A DNA stretch of 64,000 nt from Azolla caroliniana (GCA_043228905.1 JBHGNT010000001.1:33790001-33854000), one strand, 5' to 3'. Positions 15,546 through 28,796 are shown, numbered from the stretch's first letter. Program-made: numbers and translations. Notes: generated by a model not told the origin, from the sequence alone.

Positions 15546-17899
15546 ATAAGCATATCACCCTTCTCCTCCCAATGGATGCAATCAACCAAACCATCTCATC
15601 TCGGATGGATCGTTCGTGTCCGCCCATCCATCCATCCGATCAACCGGCCACAACGAAGAGTCGGACAAATCAATTGGCTTCTATAGTAGTAGTAGTACTG
15701 GGAGGAGGAGGAGGAGGAGTAGGAGTAGAATCATGACCTCTTCGTGCCAATGGACGCAAACTAACCATCTCCATCGTATCCATCCCATTCGTCCGGTCAA
15801 CCAGCCATTGTGAAGACTGGGAAGGATCATATCGTTCGTGGCAAGCCACTAAATGATCGCCCCCCGCCTTGTGCTTCTCCAACCTTTGTAACTATGATCT
15901 TGTGCTTACTCCATGTCCGACTAGCCTCGACAAAGAGGGCGAGCGGCGGTTCCGTTTTGCATGTGAATCCCTCTAGAGAAGTTGTCGGGATTAGGATGAA
16001 AAGTGTAGCAATTACGAATACCAAGAATGATAACTTCCGCATGTGTAGATTGAATCGATCGGTAAAGACGTTGCCCGGAACAAAACAAAAAAAAAAACCC
16101 TTGGGGTTCTAAAAATTAAGAGGGTTAGGATGATTATCTCATTGTGAGAGTGAATTTTCTCGTCTAATTTCCATTTCCATTGTTGTTGATACATATCCAT
16201 CGAATATATATATATATATATATTCTTAAGTCTTAATTCTTAATGGAGTTTATATAAATACATCATCTAGATACATATCATGTGTGTAATTTTAGTGCAA
16301 TTTATACATGTAGTTCTAGTTTCATTGATTTTGCATCAGTAGCCACGAGCACTGAATAAGATTAGGTTGCCATTGTTACACCCTTCATACCTCCCCAAAA
16401 CTTGTGTCTCGTATATTCTTCTTCTTCATGCAGTTATATTCATATTGAGTATCGAATTTAGTGGAATTTATATATGTGGATATAGTTTCACTTATGTTTA
16501 CATTAGTAAAGCGGATAATACAATGTGACCGCCGCGGCTATAGTCTCCGTAGAACCAGAAAACACACATCCTATATCTTCTTCTTTCCACTCCTCTTACA
16601 GAAATTAGTTCCTTTTATCCACATTTTGGATGGACTAGCCTTGTGCACAAAAAAGTGCACCAACAAAAAAGTGTTGCCATCATCTGTTCATTGCCTCTCT
16701 CCTAAATGTGTGGCCCTGACATGAGTTCATCTTTGGTCCACCCCAAAGGACCATTTTGTGCCTCTCTCTCATGCTCATTTGGTTGTTATCCCATAAATTA
16801 TGCAAAATCGACAAAATGTTGAGAGAATGTTAGATTACTAGTAAGAAGCTCTAGGTACCTTTAGGAGATCGAGTATCTCCTTCACTATTATCGTTGCTTG
16901 TCTTTATGAATCAACATAATCTCCTCAACATCACTACTCTCTCCATTGCAAGTGTTTCCCTCACTTCAGAGATCTCTTCATTCTCGATCGACTTATGTTA
17001 TAGTCATTTGAAGACAATAATTTTAATCTATCTTACTTTGAGAATCTTATGTGTATCGATAACGAGATTCTTTCGTCACTTTCATTTATTTATTTACTTA
17101 CTTATTTGATCAGCTACATTTCTTTTGGTTTGTTGTTCTCAAACTCGAGAGTCAGAGAGACAATATATGCATTGATACATATTGCATAAATTTTGTCTCT
17201 TGCCCCTATCTATATTTTTCTAATTAACTTATTCTTGAGTTAGGGTAATAAGACTATCAACTCGACGGGTTGGGTTTGAAGCCTATGTTTCACACATCTA
17301 TATTACACCATATATTTTTCCTAATTTACAAGACACGACAATTTTTCTTTCTTTAATAAACACATGTGCATAGGGACATCATTCTTTCTTCTTTTAATTT
17401 GTGCCTCTCTTGACTTGTATATGTACATGTTACGATTCGTGCATAGTGAGGGTTGTATCTTTAATAACTTGAAAATCATTCCGTTTATCTTTTAACTAAA
17501 CCTTCGAGTGTTCCACGTATTTTGACTTTCTACCATAGTTGCTTTTGAGAACGTATAAACACATGGCTATTGTGCACTGTGTTGCCTTCTAATAGTAAAC
17601 AAAATTGGGGAACATGCATTGCCTTTACAACATTGAAAATCTAGGAACATAAAATATAGACACATGCATCTCATGATAATAGGTGAGATTACAAATTTAT
17701 ATTCCATCCTCTTTCGAGGTTGTGGTGATATTGTTTGCTTTTACTATTGTTAATATTACAAGTACTTACCCACATATTATTCCATCTACCGGTCATTGCT
17801 TGTGTCTTCATAGCACAATTAATTATGCACCGTTTATTGGGATTATGGATATCTACTCTTGGATTCCTTCAATCTCAATGCAATGCTCAAGAATGTCGA

Positions 17900-19060
17900 C
17901 CTCAACAAAACCAATAAACAATTATGTATGCTTGTAAAGCATCAATGTGGGCATTGGCCAACGATAGCATCAAGTCAAGACAATTATTTCTGATCAATAT
18001 GCAAGATAATAATCATCCTATGCATGCATGAATATTTCATTTGAGATTCATACATCAAAACTAGGTCAATCAAAAGTGGGTTGCATGTATTATAAAGTGG
18101 AGATGCCCTCAAGTGTTTCACCATTATTATCAAGATATTTAATTGCAATACAACAACTTCCAAAACAATATTGCTACTTTTCTAGACAATGGATGCTTGT
18201 ATAAAGAATATTTTTAAGCATTTACTCTTGTATATTTATTTTGATCATCTTTTAATGACTATTATAATCTCAACACTCGACTTGATAGTGTATTTGTTAT
18301 ATTATATGAGTGGCTTTGATGCGCATTCATATCGTACTTCATAGAAAGAACTCCTCTAACAAAGGCAAATCAATGTTGAGAACTTGAGACACAATTTTTA
18401 TCGAGGACTTGATCTCTTTAGTTGCATTATTTAAAATACAGTGGAAATTGTCAATGTGTGGTTCGATTGGGTGCACATAAGCACGAGTTGAGATGTGAGC
18501 ACAAGTCCTTAAGATTCAATGCGTACTTCAATTTTTATTATCATGTTCTGAACATATTTTAATGAAAAGAATGTGAGAATCTTAAATGAGAGAGAGAGTG
18601 TCAAACTAATAACATTTGACTTGGAATACCAAAGGTAAAATACTCGTAGAAGAGACACTAAACTAATATGTTGAAACCATAGTTGCGTGAAATAGATGTG
18701 CTCAAACATGTTTGTAACATAGATCCATTCAGAAGTTTTGGGAGATGTTAAGTATTTTCTATAAAGCTCAAAGCTCTCCCTATCCCTTTCATTCATTGTC
18801 TATGTGGATGTGTGATCTATGTTTAGAGAATTTAGTGATATTTGGGGAATAAAAAAAGAAAATTCAAAGACATCAAGTGAGCTAAAGAAACCTCATGAGC
18901 ATTTTGATGTTCTTACTTTATATGCATTTATTTGCAACATTTGCATTTAGGATCTTTAAGGAGAACAATATTGCTTTAGGGGGACATGTTGAAAACTCGC
19001 TCTTAAAGTGAGTGCTCCTTAGATGTTTGACAAGTGGCTGAAAACTTATACGTTAGCTTT
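17900..19060 (+). mobile_element. Possible highly decayed Ty1/copia retroelement remnant
   Basis: ~18330-18390 translates with errors to an RNase H-like (H)FIxELLxxRQINVE. At ~18977, tttagggggacatgttg resembles a copia polypurine tract followed by an LTR-start TG. Very degenerate. Confidence 0.25.
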
Positions 19061-19390
19061 AACTTGCAATGACTCTTCACAACTTTTACTCTCTATCACT
19101 CATTTCTTCCATGGATAGTCTGTTATAATGCCAATTCCGTATTGCATTTTGTTTTCAAAAGGACGATTGCCATCGTTTTCCAACTATTGGGTTGTCAAAA
19201 AATGTCGATGTCAAATGTGCGAGAACCTTTATATAGGAGAATTGTATGTTCTCAAACTAAATCTTTGAAGAGCATAGCATCAAACTCATTAATTACTCAA
19301 TACTTTTACCCACAAATAGAAAGATGCAAAACCCAAGCTTCAACACGACATTGTTATGTTTATAGCCTTAGCTTTAACATAATGCCTCTA

Positions 19391-19670
19391 ATATAGTGCA
19401 TAAAGGCAATGTTTTAACATTGTGTTTTAAAACGAATTTGGTTGTTATTAATAAGTGCAACTTCCAAAATTTCCATAATATTTAGCTCATTAACAAATTT
19501 TCAATAATATTTAGGTCATTAAAATTATGTATGTTGCATGGCTGTAATATAGTGCACAAAGGCAATGCTTTAACATTGTGTTTTAATACGAAATTGGTTG
19601 TTATTAATAAGTACAACTTCCAAAATTTCCATAATATTTAGGTCATTAAAATTATACATGTATGTTGCAT
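19391..19670. repeat. Two-copy ~155-bp tandem duplication
   Basis: atagtgca(t/c)aaaggcaatg..ttaacattgtgttttaa...cttccaaaatttccataatatttag occurs at ~19393 and ~19549. Confidence 0.85.
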
Positions 19671-20313
19671 GTTTAGTGAGCCTATTATACATGGTCATCA
19701 CATCGTTAATTGTCTAATGTTGAGTTCTTTAACTTTTACATTCCAAGCTTGCCATACATTCATAGGCTATTGCTAAAGCACATTATATGTCAACGGGATC
19801 CATCTGTGAAAGTTTTGTATTCCTTATCAAAGTAATTTGGAATAAGTTTAACTCATGGTTTTTATCTTTTATTGAGTTGATGGTTGCTGATAGGTTTACA
19901 TGAAGAGCCTGAACACTTTTAGAAGATCTATGATGCTTACGTAGCATAAAATGGCACCTCGGTCTCATCTAGGGTTACATGGATGGACATATTTCATCAA
20001 GACATACAAATAGGACACATCTTGGATCCACTTCCAAGAGTAAGGCTCAATTTTCAAATTCAAGCTCATGACTCATCCCTTCAAGGTTTTAAGCTATTGC
20101 ACAAGTTTTGTTTCATTTCTCCTTTCATGCAACTTTCAGAATCATGTTGTATCGTGCCTTTTCTTGAGGTGAAAGCACAGTAGAAGATTATGCCAATTTA
20201 ATTCACATCTTTATCGTGCATGCATTTGCTTGGAGTGCAACTCTTGACGTAGTCTTATTATGCCCTACCAATAATTCCTTGGAATCAAAGTCCTATGTTT
20301 TTTCGAAGTATGT

Positions 20314-22656
20314 CTAGGTTTTTGGGTTCTCATCAAGGTCCCTTCCCCCTCCCCCCAACACACACACTTTTGTGTCACATTGTATAGCATACATATTCCT
20401 TATACAAACATAGGCAGATGCATCTTCTACATCTAATTGTAGTGCATGTTGAAAAGCCAATGTTCCAAGCTCCATGTTTCTCCATCTTTGGGAAGCATTT
20501 AACATAGTATGGCACAATGTCGAATTCGCACAAAATGGCAAGTCTTTGATCAATGCTATTACCATCTCCAACCGACCAGCCCGACTTAAAAGATCAATCA
20601 TACAAATATGATGTTCTAAAGTTGGAAGCATGTCGCAGTCTCCAATAACCTTCTCAAAATACATTTGGCCGGTGTCGATTGAGCCAGAATGACTACATAA
20701 CGCAAGCAAAATGGTAAACACAATTGGATCGGCCCCCTTTCCTTCATTTAGCATTTTGTTGAACAAGTTATGTACAATCCTATCCTGCCCAAACTGGGCA
20801 TATCCCGTGATTAGCGACGTCCATGAGCATATGGTATGGTGATTGGATGGCAAGCTGTCAAAAGCATGTTGAGCCTCCATAAGCATTCCACAATTGGCAT
20901 ACATATCTATCAATGTGTTATTAACAGCCTCTTCCACCAATCCCCTTTTGACAATCTCTGCATGTGTTTCTTGGCCTTTAAATGTTGCCACTAATCGGCC
21001 ACACCCCATTAAGGTGCCAAGATGTGTGATGGCATCTGGAACTATGCCCTCATGTTGCATCGAATCAAAACAATTTATTGCTTCCTCTTCATAACCATGC
21101 TGGATATATCCTGTAATAAGTATGTTCCAAGAGACCACATCCTTGATTGGCAATTTGTCGAATACTACTCGTGCAATACCAAGTAGACCACATTTGACAT
21201 ACATATCCACCAATGAATTTCCCACAGTGATATCCGTCTCGAAGAACCCCTTTTTCACAACATCCACGTGTACTCGTTGGCCTCCTTCAATATCCCCCAC
21301 ATTGGCACAAGCTTTCAAAACACAAACAAATGTGACTTCTGTTGGGCAGACTCCATTTCCCTGCATTTGCTTGAAACAACGTAGTGCTTCTTCACTAGAC
21401 CCATGTTGAACATATCCTATGATGAGTGTATTCCAAGATATGGCATCACGATCTGGAAGTTCATTGAACATTTCAAGTGCCTTTCGGAGGAGACCACATT
21501 TCACATACATGTCTACCAATGCATTTCCGATGCTGACTTCTTTTGCCAATCCTTCACTCACAATACTTACATGTATTTCTTGGCCTGTTGCCAGTGAACC
21601 AATGATACCACAAGCCTTCAAGATGCAAGCATAGGTGACCACATTTGGAGATATACCCTTGAGTTGCATTGTTTTAAACATACACATTGCCTCCCCACTA
21701 TGTCCATGATGAACATATCCCATGATTAATGTTGTCCACGAGACTACATCTTGAACTACAAGTCTGTCAAAAACTTCCCTTGCTTCTCCAAGGATTCTGA
21801 ATTTCACATACATATCTATCAATGCATTTCCAAGCACAAGATTACTAGATAGTAATTTGTCTCCGACAATCATAGAATGCATCGTCTGACCCTTATTAGA
21901 TGCTCCTATATAAAAGCATGCATTCAATAAGCAAACAAAAGTCGCCACATTTGGCAAGAGTCCTTGAATTAGCATCTGGTCATAACATTTCAGTGCTTCC
22001 ATATCACGGCCATGCCAAGTATATCCGCCCATAAGTGCAGTCCAAGAAACAACATCAGATGTCTGTAGCTCATCAAATACTTCTAGAGCTTGTTCAAGGA
22101 GACCACATTTTGCATACATATCTACCAATGCATTTCCAACCCAAATAGCATGTCTTTCTGAAAGTGGAAAGCTTCCTCTTGCGATCCGGGCATGTATTTC
22201 TCGCCCTTTTTCAGACACATTTACACTGCCACAAGCTTTCAAAAGGGAAAGAAACGTGATAGAATTTGGAGCAAATGCTTCATGCTGCATTTGATCAAAA
22301 TAAGAAAGGGCTTTTCCTCCATATCCATGAGAAGTGAATCCACTTATCATCACATTCCATGTGACAACATCGGAAAATGGAAGGGTTTCGAACATTTCAC
22401 ATGCTTTTCCAAGAGCACCACATTTCACATACATGCTAATGATGGCATTTCCTATGGAAACATCATCATCGTCATTACGAAGCAATCCATGTTTGAGAAC
22501 ATAGGCATGCATTCCCATACCGGTATAGATGTCTTTTCTCTCTGAACATATCTTGAGGGAAGATATCAGGGATGTGGGTGTTACTGGAAATGATGACCCC
22601 ATGGTATTTTCTGTTTTTTCTGTTTGTCCTGCGTCATAGTCCTGTCTGTAGGACAT
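20314..22656 (-). CDS. PLS-class pentatricopeptide repeat protein, E subclass (putative organellar RNA-editing factor, no DYW)
   Basis: Intronless 780-aa ORF with repeated P (DVVSWxxLIxGY), L (TFVCxLKAC) and S (VGNALVDMYxKCG) motifs. It ends with PTLEHHICMIDLLSRAG and E-motif-like sequence, and has no HxExnCxxC/DYW domain. Confidence 0.93.
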   Translation of the reverse strand: MSYRQDYDAGQTEKTENTMGSSFPVTPTSLISSLKICSERKDIYTGMGMHAYVLKHGLLRNDDDDVSIGNAIISMYVKCGALGKACEMFETLPFSDVVTWNVMISGFTSHGYGGKALSYFDQMQHEAFAPNSITFLSLLKACGSVNVSEKGREIHARIARGSFPLSERHAIWVGNALVDMYAKCGLLEQALEVFDELQTSDVVSWTALMGGYTWHGRDMEALKCYDQMLIQGLLPNVATFVCLLNACFYIGASNKGQTMHSMIVGDKLLSSNLVLGNALIDMYVKFRILGEAREVFDRLVVQDVVSWTTLIMGYVHHGHSGEAMCMFKTMQLKGISPNVVTYACILKACGIIGSLATGQEIHVSIVSEGLAKEVSIGNALVDMYVKCGLLRKALEMFNELPDRDAISWNTLIIGYVQHGSSEEALRCFKQMQGNGVCPTEVTFVCVLKACANVGDIEGGQRVHVDVVKKGFFETDITVGNSLVDMYVKCGLLGIARVVFDKLPIKDVVSWNILITGYIQHGYEEEAINCFDSMQHEGIVPDAITHLGTLMGCGRLVATFKGQETHAEIVKRGLVEEAVNNTLIDMYANCGMLMEAQHAFDSLPSNHHTICSWTSLITGYAQFGQDRIVHNLFNKMLNEGKGADPIVFTILLALCSHSGSIDTGQMYFEKVIGDCDMLPTLEHHICMIDLLSRAGRLEMVIALIKDLPFCANSTLCHTMLNASQRWRNMELGTLAFQHALQLDVEDASAYVCIRNMYAIQCDTKVCVLGGGGRDLDENPKT

Positions 22657-23777
22657 GAAGCCGTAGCGTAACGAACATTTAATGTTGGAACCATGATAGG
22701 TCGTGCCCGGTTTCGAGCTCAGTCCGATTAAGATACAAAACTAACGTACTGATATACCAATTGATAATCTGTCACTTGGGTTTTCATTATTTCTCGCAAA
22801 TACCCTTGCCTTATGCCCCATGGTTTTTGCTATTTCCCCAAATATCCTTGTTCAACCTTCTCTCCAGAAATAAAATGTGTTACTTGATCAATTCATCATC
22901 TTTTCGAGATTGTTGCAACTTAGGAGTATTTGAGAAAATAAAGAGAAACCATTGGGATATTTCAAAGTGTCACAAATCAAAATAACCTTTAGCTCCATTT
23001 ATATAAAAGGGAGTAATCAATAGTTATACCATGCTTTATGTTAAAAGTCTTAACATCAATAAAATTACTCTCTTACACCTAATTTCATCACATGGCAAGT
23101 TTATTCTCTCTGAAGCTAGATTTCTAAATAGCAAATATCCGAAATATTTAAGAAATTCTTTGTTGGCCAACCAATGGAAGGGACATAGAATTATGATAAC
23201 ATTAGATATGTAGATGCAAATATACAATAACGAGACAAGAATTTGAGTCGCATCTAGTCATACGTCGTTAAGGGTGAGGAGATTATAACCTATTACTAAA
23301 GAAGACAGAGTAAAGTACATGGCAAAAGAAGATAGAAATAATGGGTAGGGAAATGATTGATGGTAATAGTAAAGGAAGTAGTTGCGTCATACATAAAAAG
23401 GAGAACCACGGTGACCATATCTTGACAATTTATTGTAGATAAAAAAACTTATGTATAGCTAGAAGAACAACGATTTCATGCTACAAACAAAACATAATAC
23501 CCACTTCACTACCACATAGTTAACTTGTCCCCATGAAATCAATGCTAAACAATCCAACAACTAGAGGAGTAGGTTATGACAAGAATACATTGACCTGCTC
23601 GCATGTTGATCTTTCGAGTGTCTTTCGAACCACAAGCAACTTAATGGAGTGGTGAAACTTTATGTCCGCAATAACGATTATAACTATAGGGACTTCGGTG
23701 CTCTATAGAAATGTATGGATGCTAGGACGAAAGACAAGTATCTGAGACAAGCAATGGTGTACTAGACGGGATAATCG

Positions 23778-23935
23778 GATAACCATGGAAAGGGGTAGCT
23801 ATGATATAGAGACACTAGGCTAAGTAGACGGGCAAGTGGGCAAGGTCTCGACAACTCAGATAACCATGAAAAGAAGCAACTAGATATAGAGACACTAGGC
23901 TAAGTAGGCGGGGGATGTGGACCGAGGTCTCGATG
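23778..23935. repeat. Two-copy ~80-bp tandem duplication between the PPR and sHSP genes
   Basis: gataaccatg...gatatagagacactaggctaagtag.cggg...aggtctcga repeated twice. Confidence 0.75.
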
Positions 23936-24351
23936 GGCAGACACACGATGGGCGGATGAAAAAGATTCATAAACTGAAGTCTAAGACCAAAAAAACTTTG
24001 AAGAAGAACATGAATGGCAAAGTTAAGTTCAATTAAATTTGTCACGTGCAATCAGAAGTTTATATCACATGCAATGCCGCCCGAGATGTGGGAAGAATGT
24101 GCCCATGTGGGCTTTGTTTGCATGTCAAGAAAAAAACAGAGTTTCTAATTTCAAACACCCTTCCCCCAATCCCAAAATCGTTGCCTCTTGCAGTCGATCT
24201 CCAAGCTTAAATAGTCTTGGGAAGAGCTGAAGCAAGCTACCATTAAAGCTCTTCAAGCAGCATCTGTTTTTATTTGTATATAACATCTTTTAGCTTTTTT
24301 AATCTTCTTCAACAACAGACAACAAATCAAAACCCAAACCAACAGAACACC

Positions 24352-25866
24352 ATGGCTCTTTCCTTGTTCGGACGCCCTGGCCGTAGATCCGAGGACCCCT
24401 TGGATGCCTTCTTCTCGGATTCAGTGTTGTTCCCGACATCGTTCCCCTCGACATTCCCTTCATCCTCCATGTCATTGTGGAGCTTTCCCGACCATCCTGG
24501 CTTTGCTCGGGATGTGGTAGCGGTTGCCAACACGCAGGTGGATTGGAAGGAGACGGCTGATGCGCATGTCTTCAAAGCCAACCTCCCTGGTATGAGATTT
24601 TATACCGTGTTTCGTCAAATTTTGTTTGTCTTTCATCTTTCTATGCGATTAAATGGTGTAGGGTTTGTTACTTCTATAACCTTTCTGCATATTATGTTGG
24701 TGTGTGCTGTGTGGCATGCCCTTGTCCTCGTGCCTCGTTGATTATTTAGGATTTTCTTGTTCTTTTACATCTCATGTGATTTGAGGAATCCGTTCTTTGT
24801 ATCAGTTAGCGAGTGGGGGTTGCTGTATGTGGTTATATGATGATGGAGGTTTTCCTTTCTCTTTTTCATGCTGTTTGTTTACATAGGCATCCTTTTGTGT
24901 TAGTTGTTAGTGAGCGTTTCCGTACGTGGTTAATAATACGATGAATAATGATCGAATCATGAATAAAGAAGGTTTGTCAGTTTGAGGGTTGCTGTATGTG
25001 GTTATATGATGGATGTAGATTTTCCTTTTTCTCTTTTCGTGCTGTTAGTTAACGTAGGCATCCTTCTGTGTTAGTTGTTAGTGAGGGTTGCGGTATGTGG
25101 TTAATACGATGAATAATGATGAAATAATGAATGATGAAGGTTTCCCTATTCTTTTTTCATGCAGTTTTGTTTCGATGTAGCCTAAAATATGATGCATTTA
25201 AGGCTCCTGATATTCCTTTATTTTCATTAGAGTTGTGGTGTTTCATGTATATGACCATTTAAATTATGGTGAATTTATTGGTTAGGCTTTAGGGGAGGGA
25301 TGTTCTTTGTTAGGTGTCTGATGTTTATAGATTTAGGGAATGCAATTTAGTAAGGTTTTAGGGCAGGTAGTAACTTTAGGGGAGGGATGTTCTTTGTTAG
25401 GTGTCTGATGTTTATGGATTTAGGGAATGCAATTTAGTAAGTGGTTTTAGGGCAGGTAGTAACTCATGATGGTATTCATTAATTTTATCACCATTTTACC
25501 GGGTGGCTAAGCAATTATTTTACTTCATTAATTTTATCACCATTTTACCAGGTGGTTAAGCAATGATTTTACTTGAATGTATCTGTCACAGGTCTTTCTA
25601 AGGAGGATGTGAAGGTGCAAGTGGAGGAAGGACGTGTGTTACAAATAAGTGGTGAGAGGAAGAAAGAGGAGACTGAATCAACAGATAGGTGGCACCGCGT
25701 GGAGCGTGCACAAGGCAGCTTCTTGCGGCGCTTCCGGCTCCCGGACAATGCTAGAGTGGATGATGTGAAGGCGGCCATGGAGAATGGTGTGCTTACTGTC
25801 ACTGTTCCCAAGATGGCACCACCTGAGCCCAAATCAGCTGTCCGTAGTATTGACATCTCTAGTTAA
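24352..25866 (+). CDS. HSP17: Cytosolic class I small heat-shock protein (~170 aa), 2 exons: 24352-24589, 25592-25866
   Basis: Exon 1 reads MALSLFGR...[22 protein letters not shown] phase-1 GT..AG intron spans 24590-25591. Exon 2 reads [23 protein letters not shown]...[18 protein letters not shown]...[11 protein letters not shown]...VRSIDISS, i.e. an alpha-crystallin domain plus the C-terminal IXI motif. Confidence 0.95.
24805..25572. repeat. Three separate two-copy tandem duplications (~170, ~88, ~49 bp) inside the sHSP intron
   Basis: gggttgctgtatgtggttatatga... at ~24817 and ~24986; ctttaggggagggatgttc...ggtagtaact at ~25287 and ~25374; ttcattaattttatcaccattttacc..ttttac at ~25475 and ~25524. 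Confidence 0.85.
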
Positions 25867-27236
25867 AAAGAAAAATACATATCTCCTGTGTCATATATGC
25901 CAAATAGTAGGTCAATCTTAGACATGTCAAATAATAGTTATAAGAACAGAAATGAGTTTGTTTGAAGAGAGAAATAAGGATGTTTATAGTGTGTATTCAT
26001 CTAATGTGTTATATGACAGAAATAAAAGGGTTGCGAAATAGAATGAAGCTTTTGTGATTTAGTTGTATCTCGAAAGAGTAAATACAATTATACCTTGTAA
26101 TTAGTTTGATTTCAAGAGTTATGCAATACCTTCTGCATTTTTTTTGGGTGTATTGTGCGCTCATGTGAAATCAAATTTCGTCATGCAATGTTAAACCAGT
26201 TGGGTTACTTTGTTCTCACTTCCTAATTTTCCTGCTCATGTTAAAGTCAAATTTTTTCATACATCCAGTGGCAAATTTTCCTCATGGAATTTTATTGGTT
26301 TACTTGTCACATCCATAAGAAGTTATGTAAAATCTTTTTGTGACTATTATGTGACCGTAGTTTGAATGTGAGATAGGACAGGGAGGGAGCGTTTCCCTCC
26401 AACTCAGGTCCCCTTCTCAACCCAAGGTGCTTGCTGAACGTATATATTGTAAGGCTAAAGGTATTTAAATGCTCCCATGGTACACAACTTTTCCTTTGCT
26501 CATGTTAAACCAAAATTCTCATTCAGTTTTAGTGGCAATGTTATAGGTTGGAGCCACCAATTAATTGGGTTGTTTTCTATATAGAACACCCTCTAGTTCC
26601 CATCCCATTAAAATGTGGTGATTAATGAATGGGTTGGAACCAATGGAGAAGCTGATGGCTCTTGAGGGTTCCCAATTGGGTCCCTTTAGTTGTGGTGTTC
26701 ATGATGGTTCTCATAAGTCTTGAAACCAATGGAGAAAGTGAAGACTCATTACTAACAACTGGGATGACTGCTTAATTCATAATATCATAACATCAATGAT
26801 TCAGCATACAAAAATAATCGTATAAACAATAGAAAAAATCACTACACATGTATATGCCAAGCCTTTTCTGTTGAAAGAACATTTGTAACACTGATCTGAG
26901 AAGAGAATTTGAGATGTTGCTCAGATCCATGGTAGGTGATGATAAGAATGTATTCTGATGTTACACTGATCTGACAATAAAAGATAACATCATATATGAG
27001 ATATGATATCCATGATAAGCGTTGTGATGGTCTTTTCCTTTGGGCAAAGGTCACAACAACGGAAATACAACAAACACCAAGTAAAGAAGGGGGGGAAAAG
27101 CAATACAATATATGGGCCCCCAGTGATTTCATCTTTGTGAAAGAGTTTGAATTTGAATGCCCATGGCCGGCCCAGAACAGGGGAAATAACTTCATGATGG
27201 GGTGGTTCAAATCCAAGAATCCGCAGTTTAATGCTC

Positions 27237-28468
27237 TCATCTGGTGGATGTCAAGGAGTTCAAATCCAAGGGCCCGGAATCTCCCCTGCCACCACCACTC
27301 TGGGGAGTGAGGAAATTGATGCTTTCATTACCATCTTCGTCCCAACCATTCAACATATCCTCGACTACACCTTCCTGATCCGGAGAGGCATCTTGTTGCA
27401 TACCACCACCATTCTCTTCTTCCTCGCCATTGTTCATCACAACCCCAGCCCCCGATGCAGCCATAGGGGTTTGCATTGGAACATGACCTAAATGAAGAGA
27501 TTGTGATTGTGATTGTGCTTGATGAGCTTGCCTTATGGCCATCTCATGGTGATGGATCCGGGTTTTCTCGGCTGCCACTGCCGCTGCACGGGCTCTCTCC
27601 TCCCTCTCTCTCTCAAACTCCTTCTTCATTTCCATTACCTTCTGCTTCTCATCTTGGAGCAGGAATTGCTCAAACATGAGACCCTCTTCACCTCTCGCCT
27701 CTCCCTCGGCTCGCTTTTTCGAGAGAGTAGCAAAGACACGAACTTGTTTCTGGAAGGTGGACTTGAACTCGTTGATTTTGGCGGCGAGGCTCTCATTCCA
27801 GAGCTGCGAACGGCTGAGAACGCGGCCCGTGGAGTCGAGGAACTTGTCATTGACATCGTCGGCATCATAATCGGCAAGGACATGGAAGGGCAAGAGCCTG
27901 TGAGGTTTAGGGATCAGTGACATGAAGTAAAAAAGAAAAAAGAAGCAAGGGATGAGGTAGAAGAAGCCAGATCCATGGTTTTGGGGAGAAGGAATTGTGC
28001 TTACCTGTGGCATGCATCCTCTAGGGAGGAGAAGGGCCGGTCAATGTCGGGGTTGCAGGCGCGATATGCGTCATGCCGTGCGATGTCCACGTCCACCGGA
28101 ACCCTAACCACCGGTCTGCCGCCCACAGTGGTAGTAGTAGTGGTGGGGGCAGGAACAGAGGAATTGAGGGTTGGAACAGAGGAATTTGGGGTTGGGGCAG
28201 GTGGACCTGTGATACTACTACCGCTACTGTTGGGAAGAGGGGGATGAGGAGGAACGGAGGGGGCTGTGTTATTAATGGAAGTGGGGTTAGGGGAAGGATT
28301 CATCAGAGGAGGGGGAAGAAGAGCAGGGGAAGGGGCAGGGGCAGAGGCAGAAACAACAGGGGTTCCAACCATGGCTGAGGAGGAGGAAGATGAGGAGGAA
28401 GAGGAAGAAGAAGATGGAGGAGCAGGAGCAGGAGCAGGGCTGTTGTTGCTCATCATCATCATAATCAT
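27237..28468 (-). CDS. GLTSCR1/BICRA-domain protein (BRIP-like SWI/SNF complex subunit), 2 exons: 28468-28005, 27897-27237 (~374 aa)
   Basis: Splicing joins ...DAYRACNPDIDRPFSSLEDACH|RLLPFHVLADYD, which matches the GLTSCR1 signature PDxxxPFxSxEDAxxRLLPYHV. It is followed by a coiled-coil region (EEGLMFEQFLLQDEK) and a C-terminal LDLN motif. The N-terminus is Pro/Ser-rich low complexity. Confidence 0.85.
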
Positions 28469-28796
28469 CTGTCAAACAAAAGGAGGAAGAAGGAAGTGGA
28501 AGCTCATACATACATATATCATCATAAAAACAAACAGAAATGAATGAACTTTGAGGAAAACACACACACACACACAGTCTCAATGGAAGAGAAGAAGAAG
28601 AAGAAGAGTTCACTTATGTACTTAGTTAGACAGATCCATGGGGGGGACTTTGGATGTGTCCCCCTCCACACGCACAACCCGATGCCAGATGCCGAGAGCC
28701 TATATCGAGCACCGAACTCGTCGCCTTCTCAACCTCGTGGACCTCGCCCTTTCTTTCTGGGTTTGCGGAAACTCCCCCCCCAAGCCATAGGTTAGT

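Noticed and set aside
15019-16200. Several overlapping short ORFs upstream of GOGAT
   Set aside because: Derived from simple repeats (poly-Y, poly-V, poly-G), with no motifs or splice support.
24050-24350. Heat-shock element upstream of the sHSP gene
   Set aside because: No convincing alternating nGAAn/nTTCn array. Only a TATA-like cttaaata near 24206.
26842-27920. Antisense or overlapping ORFs over the BICRA-like gene and its 3' region
   Set aside because: Shadow frames of a GC-rich exon, with no recognisable domains.
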